Source: Haliotis rufescens
Lineage: Eukaryota
Length of the DNA: 64,000 nucleotides
Assembly (NCBI RefSeq): GCF_023055435.1
Contig: NW_025964001.1
Span: 32,984,001 to 33,048,000 of the forward strand
Direction: 5' to 3'
The notes beneath the pieces were generated by a model. It saw only the letters and a program-made list of their open reading frames with translations, was not told where the DNA came from and did no database searches. Positions 12,457 to 26,229 of the stretch are shown here, piece after piece; positions within the stretch are counted from its first letter, which is position 1; the number at the start of each line of letters is the position of its first letter. The position numbers and the translations under genes were made by a program.

Positions 12457-13090
12457 AAATCAATGTGGGAGTTAACTGAGAAGTAAATCTTAGAAGCAAA
12501 TCATTGAGTTTTGTTTGTAAACTTACATCTGCTGTGACTATACTGCCGCAAGCGTACCAATAAAGCGGGATTATTGTTACACGTGAGTAAAGGGCTGAGG
12601 GTTGAAGTCGACCTTCAAAGTAACTGGACTTGCACTTAAGCTGGCGTTCACAATGTGTTCATGCACGACGTCACTGACTGCAAGAAACTACAGATCTTCA
12701 CCACCTCACAGCAGGAACCTTTAGCAGCTGTGCGAATCTACTGTACTGTATGTTACGTTCTACACATCTCATTATCTGTTTGGCCACATCCATGGCCAAC
12801 TATAAGGTCTTTCCTCTCGTCTACTATCTACAAATGAACGGAAAAGAAGACATGTCCGTGAGTTTGAATATATCCGATCAGCTGCTCACAACTTAGGATT
12901 TTATCTCAACCAAGAAGTGTTTCACTCGAGAGTGTTATTCCTCTCCTTGGCCCAGTTTGGTCATGCAGTTGAAGGAACACTGCACAATTCCTTCTGGGGA
13001 AGTGCAGATAGTCAACATCGATGCCACATTCTGTTTCCCGAAGGAAGATCTTGTGAATCTCACGTCGGCACTTGAGTACACAGACCCTGT

Positions 13091-13361
13091 TTGTTTGTTT
13101 GTTTGTTTGTTTGTTTGTTTGTTGTTTAACGCCACACTCAGCCATTTTCCAGCTATATGACGGCGGTCAGTAAATAATCGAGTCTGGACCAGACAATCCA
13201 GTGATTGACATCATGAGCATCGATCCACGCAATTGGGATACGATGACATGCATCAACCAAGTCAGCCAGCCTGACCACCCGATCCCGTTAGTTGCCTCTT
13301 ACGATAAGCATAATTGCCTATGACGACAAGCATGGATTGCCGAAGACCTATTCTACCCTGG
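13091..13361 (-). mobile_element. SINE family 3 ((AAAC)n tail)
   Basis: (TTTG)n on the + strand and 9-bp TSD AGACCCTGT (13082-13090 / 13362-13370). Relatives at 17244-17380, 18232-18438, 23800-23900 and 63370-63445. Confidence 0.8.
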
Positions 13362-13619
13362 AGACCCTGTATCCGAGTTGACACATCTCGCGTACATGAA
13401 CTGAAACTTGTTTTGCTTCTATGGACAAAATGAGATCAATATTAATTCACACGTATATTGATATTATAGTATAATTTTATTATAGTATATTATATATAAT
13501 TTATACTCCGCAACAAAAGTTCCTGTGGTACTATATAAAACAAGAACCTGAGATCAATATTGATTCACACGTATATTTATATTATAGTATAATTTTACTA
13601 TAGTATTTTTTATATAATT

Positions 13620-14783
13620 TATACTCAGCAACAAATGTTCCTGTGATACTATATAAAACAAGAACCTGATCAAAGTAGACACACACATCTGAAAGAATTC
13701 AAACATTTTCAAACAGACAATGGACCAGTAAAACCACTTTACAAATTTAGTGACACATGGTCAGCACAGAGATGACGTTATCACACGATAAAGATGTAAG
13801 AACAACATGTCAATTCACACGTGAGTAGCGTGTGTGTCACCCTGTGTTGTCATGCTGAAAAAATCATGCCAGGTACATGTTGATTCAAAAAACGGCACAA
13901 CGATAAGCTGGATGGCCTCCGAAGAAACGGTCTTCCTCCACAACACAGTTCTGAGCGTAACGTTCACCGCAACGTCGGTATACTCGTATTCGGCCATCGC
14001 CGTGAGAGAGGTGCAAACGAGAATCGTCGGTGAACAGAACCTGTCTCCACTGAATTGCCGTACAGCGGACTCGTTGTCGCACCACTGCAGACACAATCGG
14101 CGCGTTGTTTGTTGGTCAGAATTTGGCGTCTGGCTGGTCTCCTCGCAACAATCCCGTAACGTCTAAGCCGGCGAGTGAGTGAGTCAGTATGGTTTTTACA
14201 CCGCTTTAAGCAATATTCCAGCATTATCACGGCTGGGGACACCAGAAATGGGCTTCACACATGGTACCCATGTCGGGAGACGAACGTGGGTCTTCGGCCG
14301 CCCTGGATCGACCACCCCCTAACGATCTTGACGGACGCTCGTAACGGGGGTTCTGCCGCTGCCATGACGTCCAAATGGTGTTTCTGTGCACGTCCAGTCG
14401 CCCAGCAGCTACACCCTGCGATGTTCCTGACTGCAGCATACCAATTGCTCTCAAGCGGTCATTTTCGGATGGGCATGGCATCTCCAAACTTCAAATAATG
14501 ATTGAAATTTTGATGTTTTTTCGTGTTGCAGTTGTCAAGACAAGCAGAAACAATGCATACCGAATCCCTACAACACGCGTGCTTTAATCCCCTGGTTTAC
14601 ATCATTAATTACATGATGGCTTCATGAAAGACATTTTTGCCATCATATCATGCTTTTCTGCTGAGGTTGCGCTTGTGCTTCATGTTTTCATATTTTCGTA
14701 TCCGATTTGAACACCAGAAAGATTTTTCTTGTATGAAACCGATCGGAAAGCAGTGTCACAGGAATTTTTGTTGCTGAATATAT
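13620..14783 (-). mobile_element. Degenerate Tc1-like transposon with a nested SINE (14173-14300); left end tandemly duplicated (~13431-13669)
   Basis: TIRs TATACTCAGCAACAAATGTTCCTGTGATAC / GTGTCACAGGAATTTTTGTTGCTGAATATA. Transposase pieces RLRAIGMLQSGTSQ and WRQVLFTDDSRLHLSHGDGRIRVYRR. Confidence 0.85.
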
Positions 14784-14913
14784 ATTTATATGTGATTTAA
14801 TATTATACTATTGAAAACATCTAAATAAAATATAGTGACATACATGCCGGCACACTGCCTGCAATAAACGGTGTCCGTACTGTAGAAGTTTAGTCTTGTT
14901 GTCACGATATCTC

Positions 14914-15541
14914 GGTACCTGGACATCGATTTATCAGATTCACTCAAATACAGCAGGTACCTGGACATCGAATTATCCGATTAACTCAACCACGGCAGGT
15001 CCCTGGACATCGAATTATCCGATTCTCTGAACCCCGGCAGGTACCCGGTCATCGATTTATCCGAATCTCTTAACCACGTAGGTACCTGGACATCGAATTA
15101 TCAGACTCACTCAACCACAGCAGGTACCTGGACATCGATTTATCCGATTAACTCAACCACGTAGGTACCTGGACATCGAATTATCAGACTCACTCAACCA
15201 CAGCAGGTACCTGGACATCGATTTATCCGAATCTCTTAACCACGTAGGTACCTGGACATCTAATTATCAGACTCACTCAACCACAGCAGGTACCTGGACA
15301 TCGATTTATCCGAATCTCTTAACCACGTAGGTACCTGGACATCTAATTATCAGACTCACTCAACCACAGCAGGTACCTAGACATCGATTTATCCGAATCT
15401 CTTAACCACGTAGGTACCTGGACATCGAATTATCAGACTCACTCAACCACAGCAGGTACCTGGACATCGATTTATCCGCATCTCTTAACCACAGAAGGTC
15501 CCTGGATATAGAATTTATCAGATTCACTCAACCGCAGCAGG
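14914..15541. repeat. Minisatellite, ~15 monomers of 41-42 bp forming an 83-bp higher-order dimer
   Basis: Alternating GGTACCTGGACATCGAATTATCAGACTCACTCAACCACAGCA and GGTACCTGGACATCGATTTATCCGAATCTCTTAACCACGTA. Confidence 0.95.
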
Positions 15542-15686
15542 TGGTCATTGAACGATTGTTCCCCAATCGCGGTACGGTGTCTAGCCGGGAGCGCCACATT
15601 TCAGAAATGGCTATTGCCGGTAGGGCCACATTTCCAGCTGAGTGCATTTCACCTATTCTAGCGGGTAATTAATTAATCCGATTACC

Positions 15687-15945
15687 GATACCTTTAAATG
15701 AGTGTCCCACATTTAAATTACTAAGCGTGGTGTTCTTTAGAGATACCTTTAAATGAGTATCTCACATTTAAATTACGAAGCGTGGTGTTCTTTAGAGATA
15801 CCTTTAAATGAGTATCTCACATTTAAATTACGAAACGTGGTGTTCTTTAGAGATACCTTTAAATGAGTATCTCACATTTAAATTACGAAGCGTGGTGTTC
15901 TTTAGAGATACCTTTAAATGAGTATCTCACATTTAAATTACTAAG
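15687..15945. repeat. 55-bp tandem repeat, ~4.7 copies
   Basis: GATACCTTTAAATGAGTATCTCACATTTAAATTACGAAGCGTGGTGTTCTTTAGA at 15687, 15742, 15797, 15852 and 15907. Confidence 0.95.
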
Positions 15946-16021
15946 AGATCAAAGGCCGTCTTAATTGACATTGAGTTCATCCTGTTATTCATAACATATT
16001 TAAGTGATGTCGTGTTCACGT

Positions 16022-16528
16022 AATCCAAAACAGGAAAAAGGGCACAGCCCCAGGATTAGACCTAACTTCTTACCAAATAATTAAAAAACTCCCCCTAAAA
16101 CTACTCCAGGCACTACTCAAACTATACAATCTCATCTACCTAAACGGACAGGTTCCTACTCCCTGGAAACAGGCCCTAGTCATACCAATCCCTAAACCTA
16201 ATAAACCAGCTAATCAAGCTAACTCATATAGACCAATATCCCTAACTTCAAACTTATGTAAAGTAATGGAATCAATGGCTAAAAATAGATTACAACATTA
16301 CTTAACCCAAAATAACATCATAAACCCAGATCAAAGCAGTTTCACTCCTGGCCGCTCAACCCTAGATAAGCTCGCCCGACTAGAACAAGATATTAAGACA
16401 GGACAACTAAATAAACAATATACCACAGGCATCTTCTTAGACTTCTCTAAAGCTTTCGACATGGTATGGCACGATGGGCTAATACAAAAACTTAAAAAAA
16501 TATGACTCAAAGGTCAGATAATAAACAA
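16022..16528 (+). mobile_element. LINE ORF2 reverse-transcriptase fragment (I/Nimb/Jockey-like)
   Basis: APGLD...WKQALVIPIPKPNK...SYRPISLTSNLCKVME...QSSF.PGRST.D...FLDFSKAFDMVWH. Confidence 0.9.
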
Positions 16529-18231
16529 GACTTGTTTTGTTATATACGGTAACCTGTTAGAATCACAAAGCATGTTTTGACAGCATAGCCGTGAGAGCCA
16601 CATTATACAATCACGCAACCATAACCATTGCCGGGAGCGCCACATCGATTTGGGCTATCTATTTTCGAAATGTGGCTTTGCCGGCCTGTAACCCGCGGTG
16701 CAGCTATTCGATGTCCGGGTCCATGACCCCCTTTTATTGCCAATTATAATCTTATACATAGCAATGTCGGTTAATTTAAATAGGTCACCTACACAAAACA
16801 TTAGAATGAGCCCATGCCACTGTCTTAGTAATACTATTTATTTCACCAAAATGGTAAGGTTTAAATATAATAATAAATAGGACCCCAGAGACTTTCTTCA
16901 TTTTCAGATACTTCAGTAATCTAGACTTGCCAAACATTATAGACTTGCATGGGCTGTATTGGATATATTTGTTTCAGGGTCTGTATCACAGACTAAATTA
17001 GGTGATAAACACACTAAATTTTAAATGCAGAGCTTTGCTACCTGTTTTTTGGCGGAGCTACATTTAACATTTAAACCCCACATTACGCTCTTTGTTCCAA
17101 ATTCAGTTTAGTACTGGCAAATCTACAGAGTACATATATGAAAGCACAGTTTATATCCAAATCAGACCACTGTGCAATTCAACTGACTGTGACTGTAGAT
17201 TTCATTTTGGGATCACAGTTACCTTTGTCTTTACAATATTGGTTTTTTGTTTGTTTGATTGTTTAATGCCGCTCTCTGCAATATCCCAGCTATATGACGG
17301 CGGTCTGTAAATAAAGTGAAAAGAGGACCAGACAACCGAGTGATTGATATTGGGAGCAACGATCCACGTCTTCGGGTACGATTTACAGTAATAAAGCGAA
17401 TTGTGAATTTTACTGGCATATGACAATGGCGACACAACCAAACAATATTGTTTCAACAAATGTATGCTCTGAAGGAAAGTGTTCATATGGCTGAAGAGGA
17501 GCTTGCTGGCAATACAGTTACCCTGTCTCTTGGATAAGCATGGAATAAGACATCGTGCTTCAGCCCCCAATTTAGTACTAAACATATTCAGATATTTTCA
17601 ACAGCAGTTGAAAAATAAACTCAGAACTTACATAAAATAAGACGATACATAACAAATATCTGTGTCATTGCACAGATAAAAATCACTCGTTTACCCAAAA
17701 ATAGTTTATGGAAAATTATTGTATTCCAACAAATGTATTTTGAAAAACATGGAAATGACTGTGACGATCGTAACATTTTCAATTTCCACGCGCGTCATTC
17801 CATTATGTCAATATTAATATGTCCTACAACCATTATTTTCTGTTCCTTATTTTGTTTTCAAAAGAGCACTATCCTAACTCAGTGAACATCTGAGGTTCTG
17901 TGTTGACCACACTGTCTAATGGAGGGTGATTGGCACTGGTGCTCTACATGGTCCGGCTGTGTGTTGTGGGTTGTGCGGTTTTTGTCAAAATCTCTTCTTT
18001 TTGCCAAAGAGTATTTTCTCAAAATGGCAATTCAATCGTCGTGTTCAATATATATGTACACTGTACATGGCTTTCTGTAAGCAAGAAACTGAAATGTAAC
18101 TGTCAGTGAAAAGACGATATTTCTGCAACATGGCGCAATTATCTGTCATTATATCATCGCCTGGATGTATATAGGGCACCCTGTCAATTTACAGATGATC
18201 ACCTGTTTTATCCCATTAGTATATTGCGACA

Positions 18232-18438
18232 CGTGAAGATCCGGGTTAGAATAGGTTTCCAGCCCCCCATGCTTGACTTGAGAGTCGACCTACGAGCTCG
18301 TAGACTTGGTTAATGTATGTCATCGTATCCCAATTGCGTTTATCGATGCTCATGATGTCAGTTACTGGTTTGTCCGCACAAGACTCGTTATTTAGCTGTA
18401 ATATTGCTGTGTGGTGTTAAACAAACAAACAAACAAAC
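18232..18438 (+). mobile_element. SINE family 3 copy
   Basis: Reverse-orientation match to 13091-13361, with (AAAC)n tail. Confidence 0.75.
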
Positions 18439-19779
18439 GATCTTTGCGATTCGATTGTATGTCTGTGCTGAAGTATAGGAGTTTAGATCCTCTTAGCCTT
18501 AGGTCGCTCTTTTGAACTGGCCCTGGTGACTTATAATACCCAATTCTTTATCCGAAGAAAGCATTTCCAACTGCGGAAGGAAAAGAACAACCCAAATAAA
18601 TAAGTTTAACTCACTACAATCAGTCGGTGGCACAATGTCAGTCTTAAAAAAACAATAACTCGTCTTCCGTTTCCTCGATTTGTTATGACTGGTATTTCAA
18701 GCAAGAGCAGTCAGCGGCATCTCTGACTGGTACGACGCATTGCCCGGAGGTTCGATACACGTGGAGTAGCAAACAATATAACTGTAGTCGCGAAAGAGGA
18801 CTATCCAAACTCGGTGTACAGCTGAGGTCCTGTGTTGACCACATTGTCTAATGGAGGGTGATTGGCACTGGTGTTCTACACGGTCCGGCTGTGTGTTGTG
18901 GGTTGTGCGGGTTTTTTTCAAAATCGCTTCTTTTTGCCAAAGAGTATTTTCTCAAAATGGCGAGCGTGACACTGACCAAGGCGGAAGTAAGTAAAACAAT
19001 AACTCGTTTTCCGTGTCCTCGATTTGTTATGACTGGTATTTCAAGCAAGAGCAGTCAGTGGGATCTCTGACTGGTACGACGCATTGCCCGGAGGTTCAAT
19101 AGACGTGGAGTAGCATTATGATACAATATAACTGTAGTCGCGAAACTGAAGAAGTTAAGTCTTGTTTTGTTTTATTCTTGCCAGGTGTAATGTTTTCTAC
19201 TTGTATTGAATCCCAATTTACGGGCTTAAAGTGATTGATTGTACACCCTATACCATATGTTGCATTGCCATGTTGAGTGCCTCGTTCACAGGGACATTTA
19301 TGTAATGTTCAAGTTATCGATTAGCAAAGAGACTTAAGAATAACTGAATGTTTTATTTTGCTTAGTAGTCACCAGACGTATGCACCGGCCTGTTAGCATT
19401 TTGGGTTATACAAGAACACAATAACCAATCGTCTTTAGAAGAAATGTGTGATTGAGATAAATGTTGTATATCAGATGGCGATGAAAGCACCGTACGATGT
19501 CATGAAGCGTCTATCGTTGACAACCTTGGAGTTTTATAGTGTAGCCGGTTCAAGGAACAAACAGTTCTATGTTTAAACTGATGCAAGACACCCGAATGAT
19601 ACAGATCACGACTAACGTAACCATTGCTTAGACCCATGGGGTTTCCGGAATACAACTGGACCTTATGCTGCCTGTGCTTGCTACAAGTAAAAGCGACAAA
19701 GCCATTTCATAAGAAATCCCATCAAAAAGCACAATCGATTTTAAGATTCCGACTGTATCTAAACATGCGTTCATGAATC

Positions 19780-20460
19780 ACTATCAAATAGTGATGATAC
19801 TTGGTGTTCGCGAAAGGTGAGAGTATCCTGCCCAACCGGTGGCACGCGTCACAAACACATGCGAAGGCAAGTCAAATGTTCGCCTGAAAACACACGGGAA
19901 CATTTGGTTTAAAATAGGGAATTGCATCGGATACAATTTTTGTCACTGATGAAATGTCCTCTACATGTCTTCCATAAAAGTTTTTGAAAGTTTAACTGAG
20001 GCCTTGAATGTTGTAACCTTGATCAAACAACTTCTGGGTAAGTTGATATCTTGGTTGAAATAGCATGCTCGATTTTACCTCAAAAGTTTTGAAATGTAGA
20101 CACCAAGGGCTGGGGCTGCAGGAATATAGCTCGACATAATGGGAAAGTTGACTATTGGAAAGGTGAAGTCACCCCTCTTGTCATACAGTCTTGTGGAGAG
20201 TGTTTTGTCACTATGAATATTTATGCATAGATCTAAATATGAAACAGAGTGAGGTGGTCTCACTGGTCTCCTTAATTTCTTGTTCTAGTGGGAAATTCGA
20301 TGGAAGGGAATTAGCTATTTGATAGTTATTGATTGATATAAGATCATCGCTATACCTGGAGCTAATGTTAAACTTCTTGGCCAAATCCAAATTCTTAAAT
20401 ATTTATATTCTATTACATATCAAAAGGTCGATTGTTTTGTCACATACCATACCCCGTGGA
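19780..20460 (-). mobile_element. Penelope-like element, degenerate RT C-terminus and 3' end
   Basis: SYLDLCI...LSTRLYDKRGDFTFPIVNFPIMSSYIPAAPALGVYISKLLR. Related pieces at 29730-30170 (-), 45690-46140 (+) and 47480-47790 (-). Confidence 0.7.
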
Positions 20461-22520
20461 TATTCCGTGATTGTTAACGCATCAGGCGTCAGACTTGGTT
20501 GATGGCGTGTCTTAGGACACCCTGTACATGGCAGCACCGAGCTGCTTTCTTCAAAATGTGGACAGTGCTGGCGGAAGACGTTTTTATCAGTTGCCCAGGT
20601 AGACAAACTGAAAATGTAGGTTTTTTGACCCTATCAATTAAAGATTTGATAGTAACATTGTTACATAAATTGTACTCTTAGTTTCAGTACATGAACCACT
20701 TTTATACATAATGTTTCGATTTCTCCCGTATCATTTGTAGCCTCAGATATCACAGTTATGCACCTTATTTTTATCAGGTTGTAAACAATGAGCACTGGTT
20801 GGTGACATCCAGTACTCAGAATCAAACTTACCTTGATCCACACATACATGTATGACATGATTTGTTACATGAAGTAGCCGAGAAGATTACTTTCTTAACA
20901 CGGTTTTAAGATCACCTGGATACAAACTGTATGAATTGTATGAACAACATGAGGCAGTTTTATTGAGTACATTTTATTTATATAGTTTCATTAAGCTGAC
21001 TCATTCATTCAATATCAACGCAACCTGGTCATTGTATTACATTATTATCTGTACGCGTTCAGTGTGCATTATATTTTCAGCTCGAGGGGAGAACACAACA
21101 CAAGCTCTCATAAGACTAGGTTTACATACACACTACGTTCTCTCCCTTCCTGGTAACCATTCACTACTGGGTGAACCGAGGCATATTTCGAACAAAATAT
21201 CTTGTCTAAGGAGATGCATGTAAGGTTTGTTTCAGTGTACGCCAGGATCGAAGCCCCAGAATCCTCACGAGTCAAGCTGCCGAACACGGACCAATCAATC
21301 TAATCTCCACGATCAATGTTGCTGAATTTTGCCTGATTTGTGACCGTGTGCACAACGTAAAGCACGGAACTATGACAACTACCTTCCGCAAGAAGTCCGG
21401 CAAATAACAAAGAATGTTAAAAGCATATATATGATATACTCACTGTGCACGTATATGTATGTTCAATAATTCATCTTATATGGCTCATAGTAGATAATTA
21501 ACATTTGGTGAAAACATTATAAACAAAACCCAAGAGGCAGCAAAATGGCCAACTTTTCTTTAGCATGGGAAAACGTTTGTAGCTGTATACTCCGACGGAA
21601 ATGTAGATCCCAGGACCAAACATAACCAGGGGTTCGTTCCAAACACAGATCCTTGCGCTAAGATGTTACTTTAACATACACTAACAGCCGTACAGCTGAG
21701 TGCCCATATCTTGTATGCCCAGTTGTGATATTGCTGGAATATTGCTAAAAGCGGCGAACAAACATACTCACTCACTCATGTAGAGCTAAGTCGCTTTGTG
21801 AACTACTAAGTAATATTGTAAGGATAGAGAGATTAGTAACTGTATTCTACATCGTTTTCATTATGGAAAGCTTAATGACACTGTAATTAGTAATTATGTT
21901 GATGGGCGTAGTTTTAAGCAACTTTTAACAATATTAGGAATCGAACCCCGGTATTAAGTTTGACGAGCGAGCGCTTTAGGACAGGGTTATCCTCTGCAGT
22001 GACCACTTACCCTTCTGACTGTCAACAGCTGACGGAACGTCTGTGGTGGGATGGGAGGGATCAGTCCTGGAAACTGTTGACAAAGATGACGTTGCTAGTT
22101 TAGCCATGATGCAGAGGTGATAAGCAAGTGAAAAAGTCTCGTATAAACATTCAACATTCGGTTCATACAAAATCATTTAACTGAATGCAGTTGCTTGAGC
22201 TGTAGTGGTAATAGGAATTCATTTAAGGACATCTGACCATTTATGAAAAGCTATATTTGTAAATGATCATTTAGATATCAAACATATCAGTTTGTACGAA
22301 ACGGTTCAACGCTGGTATACAGTAGACCGGGCATTTTCTGTGGATACCCTTCAACTAGGGATAATAACCAGGTGGAACCTATCCATTTAAAGTTTAATCA
22401 TAATGGGCGTGATAACAACACGTGTAGTGTTGACGGAGGGAGAAGGGAGTAAATTAAGGAAGGGGGGGCAAATTATGACCTAAAATCTATCTCGTCGTCC
22501 CCTCCCCTCCCCTCCCCCCC

Positions 22521-22573
<53 letters not shown>

Positions 22574-22610
22574 AATTAACAAAAAACAAAATAAACCAAA
22601 CAAATGCCCA

Positions 22611-22708
22611 GGGCCCCGTCCCACAAAGCGATCTTAGCGCTGAGATGATCATAACTCCCGTACTTTAACATAGGCTTACGCCCTACGGTCGCTTTGTGGA
22701 ACGGGGCC
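22611..22708. mobile_element. PIF/Harbinger-like MITE, next to a poly(C)-poly(A) tract at 22499-22570
   Basis: GGGCCCCGTCCCACAAAGCGATC ... GGTCGCTTTGTGGAACGGGGCCC. Confidence 0.7.
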
Positions 22709-23916
22709 CAGCTCCTTAAGTGAACCCAGTCCTATGTGCCATTATGTTAAACAACATATTCGTCTCGCATGCTATTTACCTTCACAAATAGAAGCAAGGG
22801 GAAACCCGCATGGCACCCAGTGTGGCCTCCATGTGTCATGAGCGTTCATCAAAGCTAGGCATGTTGTTATTGGTGAAACAATGAACGGAAAGTATTCATC
22901 GTATCCATTGGCCTCTTGTCCTGGAAGAATACAACAAGAAATTGATTGTTCAATGGAACCATCTGTACTAAATATTTCTTATTGTCATGGTTATGGAAAA
23001 GGTTGTACTCACTTAAAGGAATTAGTTCAATACACTTGGTTCTTAATATTATTCAGTTGACAAAACAGAGACCCACTTCCGGTGTAAAGGTTTTGTAATG
23101 CCACAAAAAGATATGTTGACATGCGTTATTGTTGCATACATTGATGATTAAAATACATTATGTAGTTCAGATTGTATGTTTTTGTGATTGTTGTGTGCGG
23201 AACAACCGATTATTTGCTACCCACTGAAACATCGTCAATCCAGACGCAGCGTTAACTACACAAAAATGCGGATTAGCAAGGTTCCCAGTGATCCACGAAA
23301 GATGGGGTTCCCGGAATAACGGGATTCGAACTAACGATATTTAACAATATACAGCATATGCAGCACGCATTCTCCCCCAGTTTGTGCTGAACATTGGCAT
23401 ATATTTAAGTCTAGCAATTCACCAGACACTGAATGATTTCTGCCACATATAATATCATACCATTGAGACATACACTGATGCAACGTTCATTGGTCAGTTA
23501 TTCTTAAATGGGTGAAGTTTACGAATAAGTTATATTGCTTTAAATCTACAAAGTCTTAACTTGATTCATGTAAGTTCCCAGATATAATCTGTGACACTCT
23601 TTGTTTCTACGTTTTGCTTTTACACTGTACTCTTTTACCAACAACGCAACTATGCAACAATAATCAGTTATGTTTACTTTACAGAATGAAAACTATGTGA
23701 GAATTTAAGTGACCTGACAATACAAGAGGTATGTTTCAACTATTAGTGCAGCTATGAGGTTACCACTTCGTACATGTTACACGTTTCTTGTCTCATGTTG
23801 GTTGGTTGGTTTGTTGGGATCGATGACATTGCATCAACCAAGTCAGCTAGCCTGACCACCCGATCCCGTTAGTCGCCTTTTACGACAAGCATAGTCGCCT
23901 TTCTTATCTCGTGACG

Positions 23917-25090
23917 TATACTACTCCAAAAGAGAAAAGCACAGTAAATGATTCAGAGTTGAGTATCAATATCAATAGGTGGTTTCACAATATGCATATT
24001 GATGGTCTTCACACATATTGATTTTCATTGACCGCTCGAATACAGAGCGTTTGCACCAGAACGTAAAATATGAAATTTGAAAGAAACAGCATAAATATGA
24101 AAGTCCCGTGAATATTATAAAACTTGTCATGCACGTGATACACGCGCACTGTGTCTATTAATGTGCAGTGCCAGAGCAGTGAGCGATGTGATGCGTGGAC
24201 AAAGTGAGGCTGAACGAAAATATGCCATTGGCTGGCGAATCTCTGTCAGTCGTGGCAAGGCGTTTCACAGAGAACCATAGGGTGACTTTAGCACCCTTAC
24301 TTAGCACAAGGAACAACGCGTGACCTGCTTCTGGCTGGAAGACCTTCGTCCTGGAAGACTACGGGACCACGACCACTAAGGACAGCTTAATCCGCTTACG
24401 TCATGCCAAAATCATCCCGGATGGCCCCGATAGCGATCGAGGATGTTGTTTTCAGCGATGAATCGATAATTGTTCTTCGACGTCCAGATTGCATAGCACG
24501 ACTATACAGGCTTCGTAATGAACGTTTCGCGCCAAACTGTGTTCAATAGGTGGACAGATATGGGGCTGCTAATGTTATGGTGTGGTCTCATACACTATTG
24601 GAACAGTCCTTGTCCCAGGCACCTTATCAGCCGTTCGTTACTGCAACGAGATCATTCGGCCACACGTATTTCACTCATAAAACAACAGAATGTCGTCTGT
24701 CAGCATGACAACGCCCGACAACACTCTATTAACAACTGTTTTCTTGGCACAGAACAATATTTCTGCTCTTCTGTGGCCATCCATATCACCAGATCTGAAC
24801 CCAATTTAACATGCGTGGAACGAACTTGATAGGCGTGTACGACTAGGTTGAACAGAGCCTCGTCGTTGTAAGACGTGTTGTTGGCCTTGCTACACGATTG
24901 GAATAACATCCCTAGACAGCTCATGCGGACTCTTGTTGATTCCATTGGTCGGCAAAGTCAGAGTCATTCATTCTAAGGTTGTCATACACAATATTAAGTG
25001 CTGTGTCCTTGACCTTTGTAACGCAGGGACGTTACTCATTTCGTAATTTTGAATGAATCCAAAAAACTGTACTCAAAATATGCAGCTTTT
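23917..25090 (+). mobile_element. Decayed Tc1-like element in intron 6 of paralogue A
   Basis: VVFSDES, QHDNARQH and SPDLNP motifs in shifted frames. Confidence 0.75.
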
Positions 25091-26229
25091 TATATAATAA
25101 ATATAGTTAAATTCAGCTATGCGTTTCATTGTTTGAATAGAATACCATTCAATTGACATTTAACACAAACTATACAAAATAACGTACCATCAACCCATTT
25201 CCTTGAGATGTTCGACACAAGCCCTATCCAAAAGTTAGTTTCATTCAGGATATCACTTGCAGTAGAAGTGTTCAGTTTGATCAAATCACTTGTGTGATCA
25301 GCTTGCATCCATGACTGCTTGTGGTTTGTATCTGATAGGGAAACACACATGCTCCTAGGACAATGTATCTGGGAAGTATCTGCAAAAGTATGAAGTACAA
25401 TGTATGACAACGTTTTTTGTAAAATGTGAAAAGTAATCAATTGTCACACAAGAAGATACAGTAAAGCACAATCCGAGGGCTTACGTGTGCTGATATTATT
25501 AAAATCATTGAGATGATCTTTTTGAGCTTGTCATACAAGTGACAGAGATATAAGAATGAACGTTCTTTAAAATGAAAAGGTTATACTCACTGTTTGCATA
25601 ATATGCAAATCTTCGGTTTTTTACTATACAGTTGTTGGAAAAGTCTAGTTGTATTGTTGATCTCCCCTTTTTTCTTCCATAATAGGCACATATCCGATTT
25701 CTGGTCGGAATAAACCCAATGTTTCCTACAAATAGGTGACAGGGACATAAAGTTCAGGGGGAACTTACATAAATTAATTATGAATCATCATTGATATAAT
25801 GAAAATGACGTACTTTGTACGCTATAAGTAAAAGCTTGAATGAGGAGTATAACCTACACTTTGTAACCATTACCATATGCCACTTCAATTGACAAGATAA
25901 AATACAGGACAACTGAGAGAAACTGTAGCAACGTATGTCTGTAACTAAAGCAAAACATGTATAGTATAATCTGTTAACAATCCCATCCGATGTTTTATAG
26001 GAATGTGGAAGGACGCACATACCAGTACCGCGTGTGTAGACTGACATTCCGGCATGGTTGCCACATTTTTCATCCAGGTTACCCGGACACTGCATCTCAC
26101 CTGCTGCACTGATATTTGGGACTTCATACGAATTGTCGAGACAATAACAGCTGGTCCCCTATAAATGATCAAACACTTAATGAGTTGTGTACTCCTGTCA
26201 CAGAAATACTTTATGATAATAATTATTAT

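Noticed and set aside
14914-15945. CRISPR-like regular repeats
   Set aside because: The apparent spacers are themselves repeated, there are no cas genes, and the context is eukaryotic. These are minisatellites.
17400-17560. Cys-rich possible exon
   Set aside because: In-frame stops, no clear splice sites, and no match to the receptor exons.
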